From positions 487,740 to 551,739 of the forward strand of contig NMRA01000069.1 of assembly GCA_002633005.1 (NCBI GenBank): a stretch of 64,000 bases of DNA, read 5' to 3'. This document shows positions 1-14,200 of the stretch, one piece after another. The notes beneath the pieces were generated by a model. It searched no databases. It was not told the origin of the DNA and saw only the letters and a program-made list of their open reading frames with translations. Source of the stretch: Phoronis australis. Its lineage: Eukaryota > Animalia > Phoronida. Both the position numbers and the translations under genes were made by a program. Position 1 is the stretch's first letter. Each line of letters begins with the position of its first letter.

Positions 1-3000
1 GAGCAAATTGGAGAGAAGTAAAGCCAGACACGTGACTATACTACTGGCACCATCGAAGATGAATCTAGGCGCGAATATCTTCCACACCATTAGGTGGCGC
101 CGGAGAAGACCTGCAGCACACATGCTACTGAAAACCTAAAACAAGACACAAAATTCAATCAACTTGGTGTTGGAGATGTCTTCAGCAAATCTCTACTCGA
201 TATCTTGTTGATTTCAAAATGATAATTTAAGAGATACATTGACTGTAAACTTATTTTTTAAGACAAAGATATTATTAAATACTTTAAATGCTCCTAACCT
301 GTAACACTAAATCCTACCCTAAAAGTACATGTAGGTAGCCCTGGGTATTTGGGGGGCCTGTGAACAGAGTGGTATTGCCTCAGGTTTTTATCATTAATCT
401 CAAATACCTATTTTGGTCTGAATTTTAGATGTGCTACGGTAGCCTGGCCCTAATCACTATGCACGCTTGATGCTCACCTTTGCAGCACTGAACATCACAT
501 ACGTCAGTGACAATTTAAACATGGCTACTGTTAGTTCAGATTCCCTTTGCTGCAACTCCATCTCTTGGAGAGGAGAATCAGAACTCTTCTGACTGTGGAG
601 ACTCAAAATGGCCTTCTTCCTGCTAACTGGCCATATGACCAACAGAGGGCAACAGAGTGTGAATAACACTTGAGATGAAAAGGTGTTGGAGAACATCATG
701 ATAGCTGGCAGAATGTTATTGTTCCAGTGGCCGTGGAAACCTGAAAACATAGGACTCGTGTGGGATTGGTCTATATTCGTTTCATTACATATCTACTGAT
801 GCTTTATTTCATCCGCTTTTTTCACTTTTTATTAGCATGGTCTTACCAACTTTTATGAACAAGCATCATCTGCTTGCTTTGTATTCGAGGCTAATCATTT
901 CCACTGCATTTCATTGGTCGGATTAGGAACAGCGACATCAGATGTCTGGGTAGCATGAATGAAAAGTGATATTCTGCGGCCAAGTTGGTCAATATTAACA
1001 CTAAACGAAATTTGTCATACCGAGTTTTAGCCAATCAAAGGATAGAAGAATCAGTGCTTGTGTAATAATAATACCATTTACAATTTAAATTAATATTAAG
1101 TATTGCTAATAAATATTATGTGGCACCAGTTTTCTTGTGAGATTGAATATGTCAACCTCTCCGTATGCAAGTTCTTTTGTAACTTACTGAGCTCACAAAT
1201 CTAACAGCGCCACCACAACACTTCAGTAACCTCATAAGAATGAGAGACACTTTGTACATACATTTAAAACCAATGTTAGGGAAAATGCCCAGCACTCACC
1301 CACAAAAGCAGCTTCCCATCGTATGTTTGGTACAGTTGTCTGGTGTCCTGTACCATAGAAGAAATGAGAGGCAAGCAGGAACCAGGCAATAATGCTTGAT
1401 GTTGGCACATGTAGAGTCTCTCCTGGGAAATAACAAATTTGCTTGAAAATTTCTTAATGAAAGCTGCTAGAATTTATGCAGTGATAATAGTAATGTGAAG
1501 TGTAGCATTTTGCAAAAGTCGACATTGTGACTTCCAACATCTGAGGAATAAATTGTTCAATTTTTGACATAAGTGTGAGTGTATTTTCCGTGCTCTTTTT
1601 CAAAAACCTTGAATAACATGATTTGACTTCTGTTATGGCAGACATTTAGGATTTAAACATGGCTGCCACTATGATACGAGTTACCAGCACGCGGTAAAAA
1701 CAAGTAAAATTAGAAACTTTTTGAAAGTGCTGTGTTGAAACTGGAACACATGGGATATCACGACAGAAGAATAATTGTTTGCAGCCATATTGGAATCCAA
1801 GATATATGTAACTACATGGTTAAGGAAGGACATCAACGCATGAGTATGCAACAAAGAATGAAGTTGAGAATCTTTACGAGTATTCTGTGATTAAAGTAAC
1901 AAATCACTCACTAATGTGAACGTACCTGGGTATAACACTGTGTAATAGGCATGAAGCTCCAACAACACAGCAGCACCGAGTGACCCCAGAATGAGACCAG
2001 GCGCCAGCCCGTCCCCTAGCAACAAACAGAGCGCATGCAGACATCCAACCAGTGCCACGATCATGGTCGCCGAGTACACTGTGCCAAGGCCATACACTGC
2101 AGGGAGTCTGTCTTCAGGCGCAGTTTGGAAATGGTCCCTCCAGTTGGACTTCAAATGGTGATAGAGACTCCTAAAGCTCTGTGTGGCGGTACTCAGTGAG
2201 CCAGGAACATTCTTACTATTTGGTAGGAAGTGTATAAGTAATGGCTGGCAAATAACACAAAGCAAGACAAGAATAAAACAGACATAGACAATTTGAGGAG
2301 ACATGACCTGTTGCCACACTGGAAGATTGTCGAATTTGTGTTGGGGCAGTCCCAGGAGAGCCCAAGATAAGCACATGGCCACTGTTGACAATGGAAGCAA
2401 ATATTTCACACAGAGAATAGTCAATGAGAATCCCATGAAGTTACCATTTCTCTTCAGCCAGTAATAGGCAAGAGAAGTAATAGTGACAATCGATGAGACT
2501 GAAATGAAATAGCGCAAGTTTCTGTATCCGGCTAAATCATCGACGAGTCCGCTTAGAGGAAGCACGAATAGAGATATGTCACAGTTCCACTGTTCCTCGC
2601 GACACGCACGGAAATTCTGTGCCAGTCTAACTAACATTAAAATTGCAAAAGTTCCCAGGAACACGAGAACAGTGGGAGATACCATTGAAGGCGTTGCACT
2701 TCGAGATTTCTTCTGGGCCGAAGCAACACTACTAATAGTCCTGTAAACTTCTAAGAATATCATCAAAATTGCCGACTGAAGTAAAAATGAAGTTGATGCG
2801 TCCTCATTCACAACATAACTGTTCGAAAATGAAGACACACAATACATAATTAGCAAAACTGAGGCTCCTACAGTAACTGGCCTGGTTTTTGACTCGGAGA
2901 AGTCATAAAAGTTTTCTTCAGTTTGCGTTTGACTTTTCTCTTCTTGACTAGTGAATATATTTAGCAGAACGCAGACGATTAAAATGACGACACTGACTCC

Positions 3001-6000
3001 AAATACTAGTGCGAACAAAAAGATCAGCATCTTCATGTTGAGTAATGTTATCACGGCAAAGTAGACAATCAACCAAACTAATCCTGCACTCATGATGTAG
3101 ACAACAGAGGGCACCCCCTGCAAGTCATTTGGTAACTGCACTATTATGACAACACACGCAATCAACACCAGCATAGTCAGAACAACACCCAAAAGCATCA
3201 TATTGACATCAAATTTTGCCCATATTTCTTTGCATTCCGCTTTCACTTGGTTGAGAAAAGCAACGTACTTCTTTTCAAGGTTGATCAATCGCTGTAAAAC
3301 ATTTTTCTCACTGTCCAAGTTATTATACACTTCTGTGACCAGGACATTCAATTCACTTTCCGCCTGCTTGAACATAGATTGTGCATCAGTGAATCGGCTT
3401 CGTGGGAAATCATGCGAAATCTCCGCATACGACTTTAAGTAATCCAGAACCTGGTGAGCGTTCAGGTGTAGAGCCTCGACACTGTGAAAAACCTGCTTGA
3501 CCTTGTTATTTCCTGTTTTCCACCAGGGGCAATGGTTAAACAAATCTGTGATGACTGTTCCTAAGTTTGAGTGAGGTATTGGGGCGCCGAGCAACAACGA
3601 GAGCGTGGGAACAAGGTCAACCTGGGAAATTGCAGAGAACGCCCCCTACAAGTAGGTAAAGAAACCTCTGAGAAAAGCAAACCATTTCACATTCCTTGTG
3701 ATTGGAAATAACCAACTAAACAAAACATGTCTGGAAAAGCTTCAAAATCTGAATAAAAATAATTACCCAAGTCATCACTTACCAAAAAAAATCTGGAAAA
3801 GTTTCAAAATCGGAATAAAAATAATTGCTAAAGTCATCACTTTAGTATTTGAAACAGCAATGAACCTATATTGTTGAAATCTAAAAAATGTAACATTCTG
3901 GCAGACGACAGATGTATTTAGCATAAGACAAATTAACGTAATCAGACAAAATACCCTGCCACGAAGACTAATTCTGTTCACAACGAATAAGACTGGTGAC
4001 AAGTATTATGGTGGTGAAATTCTAATTACAGGTGGGCTAGCCACCTTGTCAACAATCTTGTTAATTCCTCCTGTGAGGAAGGGCTACTCAGATGGTGAAT
4101 TCGGCTTCTGTCCAGTCACCATAACACGGAATTGCAGGTGATATTGTCTGAATACTTTTAGAACAAAGTACTCTAATCTAAAAGTACCAAAAGTTACTAT
4201 ATTGTTTACTTTTTGGTACACTGTGTTCTAAATTTTACTAGTTTTATTACACTTTCTTTTAATGTTAAAACATTCGTAATTTATTGACCTCTATAAAACT
4301 GAATAAGATACTTTCCAGAGTGAATCAACAACAAGACAGTCTGAATTGTGGAATGGATGATAGACAAACAGTCTTAAATGAGGTATTCCAAATTCACTAG
4401 ATAGCATTGGGGACGCAATGGTCGTAGCAGTAAAAAATAGGTCAAATAAGGTCATTATGCTTTCCAAGCAAAATCACACAGTGTCACCGTTTTTATTTCC
4501 AACTGCTGCTCTACTGGGAAATAAAAAACCAGTGACTTTGTTTCGAGAGTACAATGCTGTTGTTACTACTTACATTCTGCGGAGGCGATGAAGTGATTTG
4601 ACTGTGGCTGTAGATAAACAGTGCCGCGTCCACCTCATCAGGGCTGTCACCACCGTGGTCACCGGTGCGGGTCATACCGTGGTCGCCAAAGACGAACAGA
4701 ATGGTTTGGTCATCAATAGTTTTGATTAAGGACCTGAGAATATACAAAGCAGTAAATAATGAAACTTAAAAAAAATATTTACTGTTAACAGAAAGCACAC
4801 AGTCAAATTTTGGTTGACAGAATAACAATAGTTTTGGCAAGATATTTTTTTCTTTGTCTTAGTGTGGCATTGTTTCGTGATACATGTTTCAGGCATGAAC
4901 TGTTCGAAAGCGTCGGTGACAACGAGACTGCAACAATATTCCGTCTATACCAAGGAAAAGTATATTTGGTACAATAAGCAAGAGAACAATCGCTTTATGC
5001 GATAAAAAATTTTTTTCATAGATCACGACAATCTTAAGCAGACAAAAATTCACTTACTACGAACTTGTTTGCGTATATGACCCCATTCTAGATCTAGGTC
5101 AACAAAGCGCGCATAATCCACTGATTCAAAAAGACCCTTAGATGAGGTTGGAAACATTCGAGTCATAAACAACAAACAATGTCGTAGTAAGTGAATGTTT
5201 ACCAGCTCAATTGCTTTATGGTTCGTAACTATGGAAACAAAACAATAAAACGACAGCAATAACGTCAGAATCAATTCAAAGCCTCATTGCGAATAATTCT
5301 TTGTGATTTCTCAAAGTCAAAATTGCTTGCTTTTGACTGAAGTCACTTACCACACGAGTATGAAATTTCCACATTTATCTCAATCCAACATCAACTAAGA
5401 ATTGATTTTCGAATTTTTTTACAGTAAATGGAATTTAGGAAGTGTTATGACATGGAAATATGCCCCAAAGCGATATACCCACTTTAGCTACCTCAAAATG
5501 TTGTTCATCTGATTCAGTTTTTCCGCCATAGCTGGATGGTCTGGGCCAAATCTGTGGCCACAATGATCGACGCCCAAGAAATGACCAATGAGCAGCTCCC
5601 AATCTGACCTCTTGACCTCTGGCATGAGATTCTTGATAACACCATTGTCAACAGTGTGGAGGTCCTATAGGCATTAAGAAATTTTTCAATATTTTACAAC
5701 TTTTTAGTTTTTTCACAAAAAAGAACATAAATAGTAAATATAACAAATTCTACAAAACCATAAAAAAGTGTGAGATAAAATAAGCATGCTAAGTAATAAA
5801 AGACAATGAATAATTTCATAGCTCATCACGTAACTCATCAAGTGTCTCATCAAACAGCTCATCATACTGTTTGAAATCTCCCATTTATTTTACATAAAAT
5901 ATGTGTATATTTTATTTCATGACATTATTTTTGTGAAATGAACAAGAATGACGACAATACACAAAACAGAAAAATATTTGGCAGGTACAAACACAACACA

Positions 6001-8559
6001 ATATATAAACGCGTGTCGCATGCTTTCACCAACTTTGCATTATCACTTCATATCATGACATATCACTGATACTCCTCTCTTCTGAGGTGATGTTGCTTAG
6101 GTGGCCATGTAGCATCACGTTTCATTCAAGCCGCTCCAACAGCAAATGTTGGTATTCCTGATCTAACCCATAATGCAGAAACCATGCACTATTGATCGCG
6201 TAAAGAAAGTTAGCCAACAGACAATGGCAGTATGTCAAAGCAGAAGACATGCGAATCTAACAAAGAAATTGGTAGAAAAGAGCGTCAATGGTCACTTGAC
6301 AAATACCATAAAAATTCTCCAATTTGGGACAGTCTCTAGAATTTGGGATCAGGGCTTGGAATGACCAATGGCAAAAAACGCGGAAATTTTTACGACCCGA
6401 AACATGCGCGCAGCCAGCCTTGAAAAAAGTCAGTGTGGACCTTTTGCCGACAAAAATCGAGAGGACTGAAAAAAAAAAAAAACGGTACCACCTCCGGAAG
6501 CGTGTGTCTGCCTCTGTCTTCACTCGTCCGCCACTCCCACCTCCAAACATTTTTGGCTGCAGTGTCGTAATATTTGTCACCCGGTTTACAATCACACAAG
6601 CCGCCATTGAGGAAATCCACCACGCTATCAAAGATGCCCCGGCAATGTTGACAATTTACGCTCCTCCGAAACATAAAGAGCAACTTCCGCTTTTCGAGGT
6701 GAAAGTCGTCGGCAACGCGGCGGTAAGAAAGAAATTTGCTGCGGAAATTTTATATCAAATCTGATTTTTTTTACGCGGAAATATAATAAAATACGCGGAC
6801 AGAACATTTGAAAAAAGCGGAAATCCGCGTTTCCGCGGAAAATTCCAAGCCCTGTGGGATACAGAAATTTTCACAAAAAAAATTCTCGAACCTGGAATTT
6901 GAGACAAGGTAATTTTAGCATACACTGTATTTCTCAAATTTCGGACAATATGTTTCCAATCTACAAAGTGGGTAATTTTGCTAATGTTCCGCTTATTCTT
7001 GAATTTGGTACGGCCAATACTGCCTATTTATAGAATTTGGGACAAGCTCTAACCTTGAGCAAAATAATTTCCCTGTACTAAATATGAGAATTTTTACCGT
7101 AAATCTGGACCAATCCCTCAGGCACATACCAGGTTGCATTGACTGTAGGCGAGCAATGCTGCCATGTGTCAGTCCATATTTCAGGATCCACTAACAGTTA
7201 GTTATTACCTTTACGTTAAATGATGGAAATGGGTAAGAGCGATGGAAACGACCAGGAAATAGCCCCTCCCAGGTGTCGTCTCCCATCATGACCACTCTTC
7301 TTCCTAGGTTGACGAGCTGATCGATAAAGTTATCCTCACCAATGTCAGCACTAGCAAAGTTTGAACCTGAATGATTAGAAGAACAAGATTTTGAACAACA
7401 TCCACTACTGACAATGTTCAGAATAATAATTCCGAATGAGAGTCTCAGTACTCCATTTATCTTATGCACTTGGGCAGAACCTTCCTCAGTGAGAACTCAA
7501 CACCGTCCGTATATTTGTATTTCAAATGCGCAATTTGTGCATTATGCTTTTAGTAGATTCCAGTCTTGTACAATTCCATATGATTAAGAAGTAACATTTT
7601 TTCAAAAGAATTCAGATGGAAAAGAAGCAAAATGTTTTGATCTTCTAGCTTACACTCCACCAAAATTTATTACAAAGAATATTTTTACCACTGTGGGACT
7701 ATTCCCCACATGCACCTAAAACAAAACCCACGTTCTGTCCATAAAGCAAACGTTTTGATCACTTAATGATACAGCTGGGCCCAACTTAGTGCTGGCCCTG
7801 ATGGAAGGTGATTTCTGGGTTTGCAGTTTGTACAGAACTGGCAGTTTCTCATTCGTTGACATCATGTTCGGTGCATAAAATGACACGCTGTCACAAGCTT
7901 GTACAGCCTAAACTCAAGCAGTTAACGAACTGTCAATTCTTTCAAAGTCTTCATATAGCTTTCAATTTGAGGATCAATTTGAGACCAATTTCGTAACAGT
8001 ACATAATCTACACAAAAAGTTAGTTCTTGATACTTGGGTTTGTCAAATGTCATAGTCAAACACATTAACATTATCACACATGAACACGCACACGCACACA
8101 CACACAAACACACACATCATCTTACAAACCTGCATCCACAAATGTCGGCAGACTTCCAGTGGTTAATCCCTTGAGCCTCTGCAGGGTGGTGGTCGGAGGG
8201 TCGGCGACAAACTTGTACAGTCTCGTGTTCATAGGCTTCGTCGTCAGCAACTCGTGAATGATTGGTAACTTATTTTGGTACGGTAAGGCTTGTGACATAG
8301 AAAGTGACGTGTTATAGGTGACGAAATCAAATCGCAACGCATCAATGACAATTATAATGGCTTTGTCAAAGCGCTTGTGCATCCAACATCCATCCCCACC
8401 ATGGCTGTCCGTGTGGCTGGCGAAATCCACGTGACATGTGTTGTTCTTGTCCACGACAAGACGACTGAGGAGAAAGCCCCTGGTGAACATGAGAAGACCT
8501 CCTACGTAGACCGTGATGAAGAAGGATAGAACACCGAACAGTTTCCATCGCAACGACAT
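1..8559 (-). CDS. PIGO: GPI ethanolamine phosphate transferase 3 (PIG-O); multi-exon, 3' end runs off the window
   Basis: In-frame GT-AG exons in transcript order: 8559-8130, 7366-7209, 5664-5492, 4733-4574, 3645-1926, 1422-1300, 740-478, 135-1 (1054 codons visible). Family motifs: [114 protein letters not shown] multi-TM C-terminal half follows. Confidence 0.96.
6350..6854. mobile_element. Non-autonomous DNA transposon (MITE), TIR CAGGGCTTGGAAT, 6-bp TSD TGGGAT
   Basis: 13-bp TIRs, direct repeat TGGGAT on both flanks, and a close copy in opposite orientation at 29008-29519. Confidence 0.88.
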
Positions 8560-9479
8560 TGTCGTGTGATACCTGCTTTCTGTTAAAGGAGAAGAAAAGG
8601 AACCAATCAGAAATAGGCCTGGAAATGAAGCTCTAACAATGCAGAGAATATAGCCATGAAGGTCAAGGTCAGTTAGGAGGTACATAGTATTTGAAGCAAT
8701 GAGCAATGTCCAAATGAAGTGTCCTAATCAATTAGTGACACGTGATGACAATGTCATTTTCAAGATAGGTGGAAACGCCTTGGAACAAAAGTATTGAGTA
8801 AAGTTTGCAAACCGAAATGTCACCCGAGGTTGTAATTCCCAAATGAAGCAAAATATCCATCCTGGCTGCTAATGCGCAAAGAACAGGCCAATTATGAAAA
8901 AAGATGCCAGTATATGCTGAGATGCCAATATGTGCCAAACGAATCTGTTCTTTGCCACACCAGTGTATCAAAAGTACCTCTGACAAAAAATTAAAGTGAT
9001 GATTTGAGAAATTATGACAAAAATAAAACAACCATATTTTGTCACTTTCACAACGCCTGCTGATTTAGTTTTTACTTATATAAGCCATATTTGGAAATAA
9101 GGCTTTCATGAGCACAAAAGGAAGCAGGCATAGCTGCTGTTTTTTTTGGAACTGGCCATTTTTAAAAACAGGTTTGATTCTTTAATTTGGTACTGTAAAT
9201 TCTTATGAAGAATTATTACTTTATAATCCAAGCAAGTCTTGTCATGTATCATAATGGATCCCTTTAATTGATATGTAAGCAAACCTGGCAACAAAGTGAC
9301 AGTACTGCTCTCATCTGAATATTACATAGATGGTAATGAAGCTTCTTTTTTCTAACGTAAAGGTAAGTCATGTGTCCTGTTGCTGAACAACTGTTCCCTT
9401 CACAGAACAATTGTACTGAGATTTATATCGGGGGCAACTCAAGGCAATGGTTGTTCCAAACCCAGTGGAATGCGAGTGA

Positions 9480-10470
9480 AGCACAGGTGTCCTCAGCTTC
9501 TGATCGTCTCCAATACACTATATATAATGCTACAAGTTATGACACTCCGGACCAAAAATTCCATGGGTGATTCACTTCAGCCATCCATATTATACACAAA
9601 ACTTAACAAATTTACACAAAACAAGGTTTCAACAAACCATTAGCCATTGTTCTTTCTTCTAATACCATTCACGGTGTCCTGCTCCAGCGAGATCAAAATT
9701 GGTGGTCAAGGCACAAAAATGTTCTCAAAAAGCCCACGCATCAAGCCTCCTTGGACAGTTCGAGGTCAAGGACTTTACGGCAATTGCCGATTTGTCACGG
9801 ACTATCACAACATCGATAACTCCACATCAGCCAGACCATTTCGTAACCTTCTGTGAGAAACCGGCAATTGCTGTCCATCCGTAACTCATCGGATAATTCC
9901 GTACCATACTTGACCTTGAACCGTCCAAGGAGGCTCGATGTGTGGGCTTTTTGGGAACATTTTTGTGCTTTGACCGCGAATTTGTTGTGATGTCGCTGGA
10001 GCAGGACACCGTGAATGGTATCAGAAGAAAGAACAATTGCTAATGGTTTGTTGAAACCTTGTTTTGTGTAAATTGCTGCTGCGAGTTCGCAAAAAATTCG
10101 CGGTCAAAGCAAAAAATCTTCCCGAAAAGCTGCTGCGTACTGTCAATGTGTTAAACGGAAATTACCGATTTGTCACTGAAGGTCACAACATCAATAACTC
10201 CACACTTATTCGTAACCTTCCGTGATAAACCAGCAATTGCTGTCCATCCATAACTCTTCGTATAATTCCGTACGGGCACATTGACAGTAAGCAGCGGCAT
10301 TTTGGGAAGAATTTTGTGTTTTGACTGTGAATTTGATGCGAACTCGCTGAAGGAGGACACTGTAAATGCTATCAGAAGAAAGAACAATTGGTCATGGTTT
10401 GCTGAACCCATTTTTCATAAATTTGTTGAGTTTTGTGTTTGATATGGACAGCTGAAGTTGAGGACGCCTG
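9480..10470. repeat. Nested inverted copies of an interspersed repeat (foldback); family member also at ~27012-27500
   Basis: 9600-9760 is the reverse complement of ~9910-10075 and similar to ~10290-10470. 9480-9690 aligns to 27012-27225 (CACAGGyGTCCTCrGCTTCTGATCGT...TTTACACAAAACA...GGTGTCCTGCTCCA). Confidence 0.8.
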
Positions 10471-10949
10471 TGGGTTGAAGGTGTTTCGATGGTGGTGCAC
10501 ACCACACTTGTATGTGAGTAATCAAAAGTTCGATAATGACAGTGCTGGATGGACAAGATTTGGTTTGAAAGAGGTAAAACATTACAGTGAAGAAAAATAT
10601 TTCAATGCTGGGGAACCACGTACAGTGCTACTGCACTCTGAAAATTCGCTTGCCACCTGGCCACCCACCACCGTTTTTAGTCTCATTGGCGACTGAGCGA
10701 GTGGCTAAGAAAATCCCTGTGTTCAAACAAATTAAAATAAGCAATCATGGTCATGATGGGGTTACCGGGTAACTAGAGCGATGGGCCAAATAAGGTCCTT
10801 GAGAAGGCATGAGAAATGTTGTGAACACAAAATCAGTAGCCAGCGTGAATTCTATGGCCCTTTATTCAGTGGATGAAACTGGATCTCAAAATCAGGGAAA
10901 GCTATATACAACCAGTGCCTTCTATTTGTGCCAAAAGACCTAAAACAAA

Positions 10950-11246
10950 AATCTTACCATATGAAGTGCAATATTTAAAAACAAAAAGCGTGAAATTTCG
11001 TCAAAACCTTCTGACCAACAGCGACATCTTGAAAACCCAGGACCGCAGCAAGAAAAGACGTCGCGCTCACTAGGTTTCGTGCACCTCATTGGTCAATTTT
11101 AATGTTTTGCGACTGCGCGCGAGCTGACCCTCGGCATGACGTCATATCCACCATATTGAATTCGAGAGGACGGTTTTCAAAACATTGAGTTCGTGCAGAT
11201 ATTGAGTATTGCATTTTGTCCTGTATTTCGACTTTTATAACAAACA
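10950..11246. promoter_or_regulatory. Putative bidirectional promoter PIGO/ENSA
   Basis: CpG-richer patch between the divergent genes. Contains ATTGG (reverse CCAAT, ~11088), a perfect CRE TGACGTCA at 11137-11144, and a minus-strand donor G|GTAAGA at 10958/10957 that could end a PIGO 5'UTR exon. The PIGO coding exon starts at an acceptor at 8572, so an upstream non-coding exon is expected. Confidence 0.55.
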
Positions 11247-14200
11247 ATGGAGCCAATTCAAGGCAACGAAAACGTTAATCCGTCCAATACTGGCGATGCT
11301 GCATTCGCTAAACCGCAGGTAAATGAACGAACCAGTACAGTACTACAGCAAGTAGAAACCGATTGAGTAGTTGTGTCTGTGTTTCATGACCATGTGGACT
11401 TGCGGTTGTGATTGATGATTGCTAACCTAGGCTACGTAATCTTTCTTCTACTGTGAAAGGGTTTTTATCTGCAAATTGTTAATTGTGTAGTTTCACTTGT
11501 CGAAAATTCCACAGACGTCTGCATTTTTTCATGACCCCGACGACCCCTGCTGCCCTGCATTTAGTCATTGTAGAAATTAGCTGCCTAAATTATTTAAAAG
11601 GGCACTGGTCGGATATAGTGGTCACTTATTTAAAGAAGCAGTTTCATCCACGTTATTCAGTGATTGCCTGGTTTTCTGAATCAGGGACTGATATATCCGA
11701 CCAGTTCCATTTAGAAGTACCTAGCTTAGAACCAATCATTTGTGACAGAGCCGTTAGCGAATAATTGTTGTGTAGTAACACCTGTTATTCAGTCTAAGTA
11801 ATTCTCAGTGGCTTCAAATTGATTGAGAGGGTTAATATGTTAGATTTCAAGAATACAGACAATGCATGACATTTTGGTACAGGGCCCTGGCTCAGCTGAT
11901 TCAGTGAGGGAAAAGCTGACAGATCGCCCAACCATTTCTGCACCCTTTTGGCATGGCTGAGAGATAGGTGACCTCCCCATAACCCTCTGTATGTTTCCCT
12001 TTGACCTCAAGGACATTGACTGTAATGACTAATGATGTTCAGTTTTCAACTTGTTGATGTAACGAATGAGTATACGGGGAAAAGGTGATTGCAAAAGTAT
12101 TAGTTAGAGTTTGAAGGCGTTAAAAACGTCAACTGCTTCCAGTACTACTGTCTCTACCTAGTACTTGAGACAGTGAAGCTCCTATAGGGCCTTCATTTGC
12201 CGGAAGCTTTTCGGCCAATTATGCCTCACAGTGATTAAACCATCAAAGTCACTTTACTATATGTACCTTTTGTGCAAAGAGGGACACTTTAGGAGGCTGT
12301 CGATGTCTTTACTTACTTCCAACTCGAACAAATACTCCAGTAATCGGACTTTTTCTTCAAGCAGTCCTTTGTTCGGTTGCCCCAATCGACAACTGGCCAT
12401 TTTTAACAGTGTGCACACTAGGAGATATACCGTAATCGTTCGGGTTAACGCCCTGGGCGGTTAAATTGGCGAACTCAAAAAATCGGGGGTGGGCGGTTAA
12501 CCAGACATGGGCGCTTAAACGTGAAATTTCAAGAAATCGGGGGGGGGGGNNNNNNNNNNNNNNNNNNNNNNNNNNNNNNNNNNNNNNNNNNNNNNNNNNN
12601 NNNNNNNNNNNNNNNNNNNNNNNNNNNNNNNNNNNNNNNNNNNNNNNNNNNNNNNNNNNNNNNNNNNNNNNNNNNNNNNNNNNNNNNNNNNNNNNNNNNN
12701 NNNNNNNNNNNNNNNNNNNNNNNNNNNNNNNNNNNNNNNNNNNNNNNNNNNNNNNNNNNNNNNNNNNNNNNNNNNNNNNNNNNNNNNNNNNNNNNNNNNN
12801 NNNNNNNNNNNNNNNNNNNNNNNNNNNNNNNNNNNNNNNNNNNNNNNNNNNNNNNNNNNNNNNNNNNNNNNNNNNNNNNNNNNNNNNNNNNNNNNNNNNN
12901 NNNNNNNNNNNNNNNNNNNNNNNNNNNNNNNNNNNNNNNNNNNNNNNNNNNNNNNNNNNNNNNNNNNNNNNNNNNNNNNNNNATCGATGACCCGTTACAA
13001 TAATTTGTTACTGGTATCATAATTCACATTGCTAAACCGCGGTCTCTGAGGCCGTCGTTGCACTCAATGTTATCATCGATCTTAATCTAAAAGGTCGGGG
13101 ATTCGCGTTTCCTATTAGCACAGGGCGGTAATCACCAATCGTCAAAAGTAGGGGATGGGCGCTTAACCGAGAGGTGGGCGCTTAATTGGAAATCTTCAAA
13201 AATAGCAGGGGGGCGGTTAACCGAGCAGTGGGCGGTTAAATCGAAAATCCACCTAAAGTAGGGGTGGGCGGTTAACTGAGCATGGGCGTTAACCCGAACG
13301 ATTACGGTAACGTCATACCACCATTAGTAATAAAGGCCAGAGCTGCTGGTTCACCACACAAGGGCAAGCTCGTTTCCCATTTAGTAACTTGGGAATTTTG
13401 CTTGGCTGCATTTGGCGAGTTGACATTTTTGCTTTAGTGTTGAGAACCATGTTTGTATGCTTCGCTCCCTGGTTTTGGTCAAATATAAATTAAATCTTCA
13501 CCCGATTGTTTCAGTCACTGGAAGATAAATCATTTTATTCTCTTTTTGGTTCAAATAGACAGCATGGTCTTCAACGTTGTTTTAGTAAGGCTTGAGCTGA
13601 ATTAGAATCAGGCAGTTAGTGACCAAAACTCCTAATGCTTTTTAGATCGGAACGTTGTCAAATCATTGGTGCACATTTTTTGAATTTGAAAACCAGGAGT
13701 CCTCTTTTTCACCGCTCAGTAGGCAAACACTACAAACTAGTCAAAACAGGTATTGATCTTTTTGTTGATGGCTGTTCATTTATTATGGTGAGGTTAACTT
13801 TGTTAGATCTTAAAATGCATGAAGCGCTGATAAGCAATGGACTTTTTCTGAAAATCTGCTTCGACTTTTATTCGGACTTAATTTTGAAACAGTTAGCCCT
13901 TCCATAGCTTAGCAGAGCAGTGTCATGTATTTGGATTGTTAAAAAATGATCTAGTAGTAATAGAAAACTTTGTTTAGTTATTGAGCTTGGGCAGTTTCAG
14001 ATGTGCTCAGTCCAACTTAATGAAATAAAGTGATTGGTGATAAAAAATTTCTTACTCTTATGGCAAAATTAAAAAATTCCACATATAAGCGACGTGTCTT
14101 GTAGTTGCTAGGAGATTACAGCATAATTGTTCAGCAAGACAAAGTACAAGAGATGATTGCAAACAAGTCGATGTCATCGTAAAGTGCATGTTGTCATGGT

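Noticed and set aside
1891-1925. ORF-track stop of the 568-aa PIGO ORF
   Set aside because: This is read-through into the intron. The phase-1 donor at 1926/1925 links in frame to the next exon, so PIGO is not truncated.
6257-6937. Overlapping ORFs of 60-146 aa (and equivalents at 29055-29566)
   Set aside because: They lie in a non-autonomous MITE, show no transposase motifs, and their frames are not preserved between the two copies.
12466-13020. Long ORFs in the track here and at 20128-20655
   Set aside because: Artefacts of N runs translated as X.
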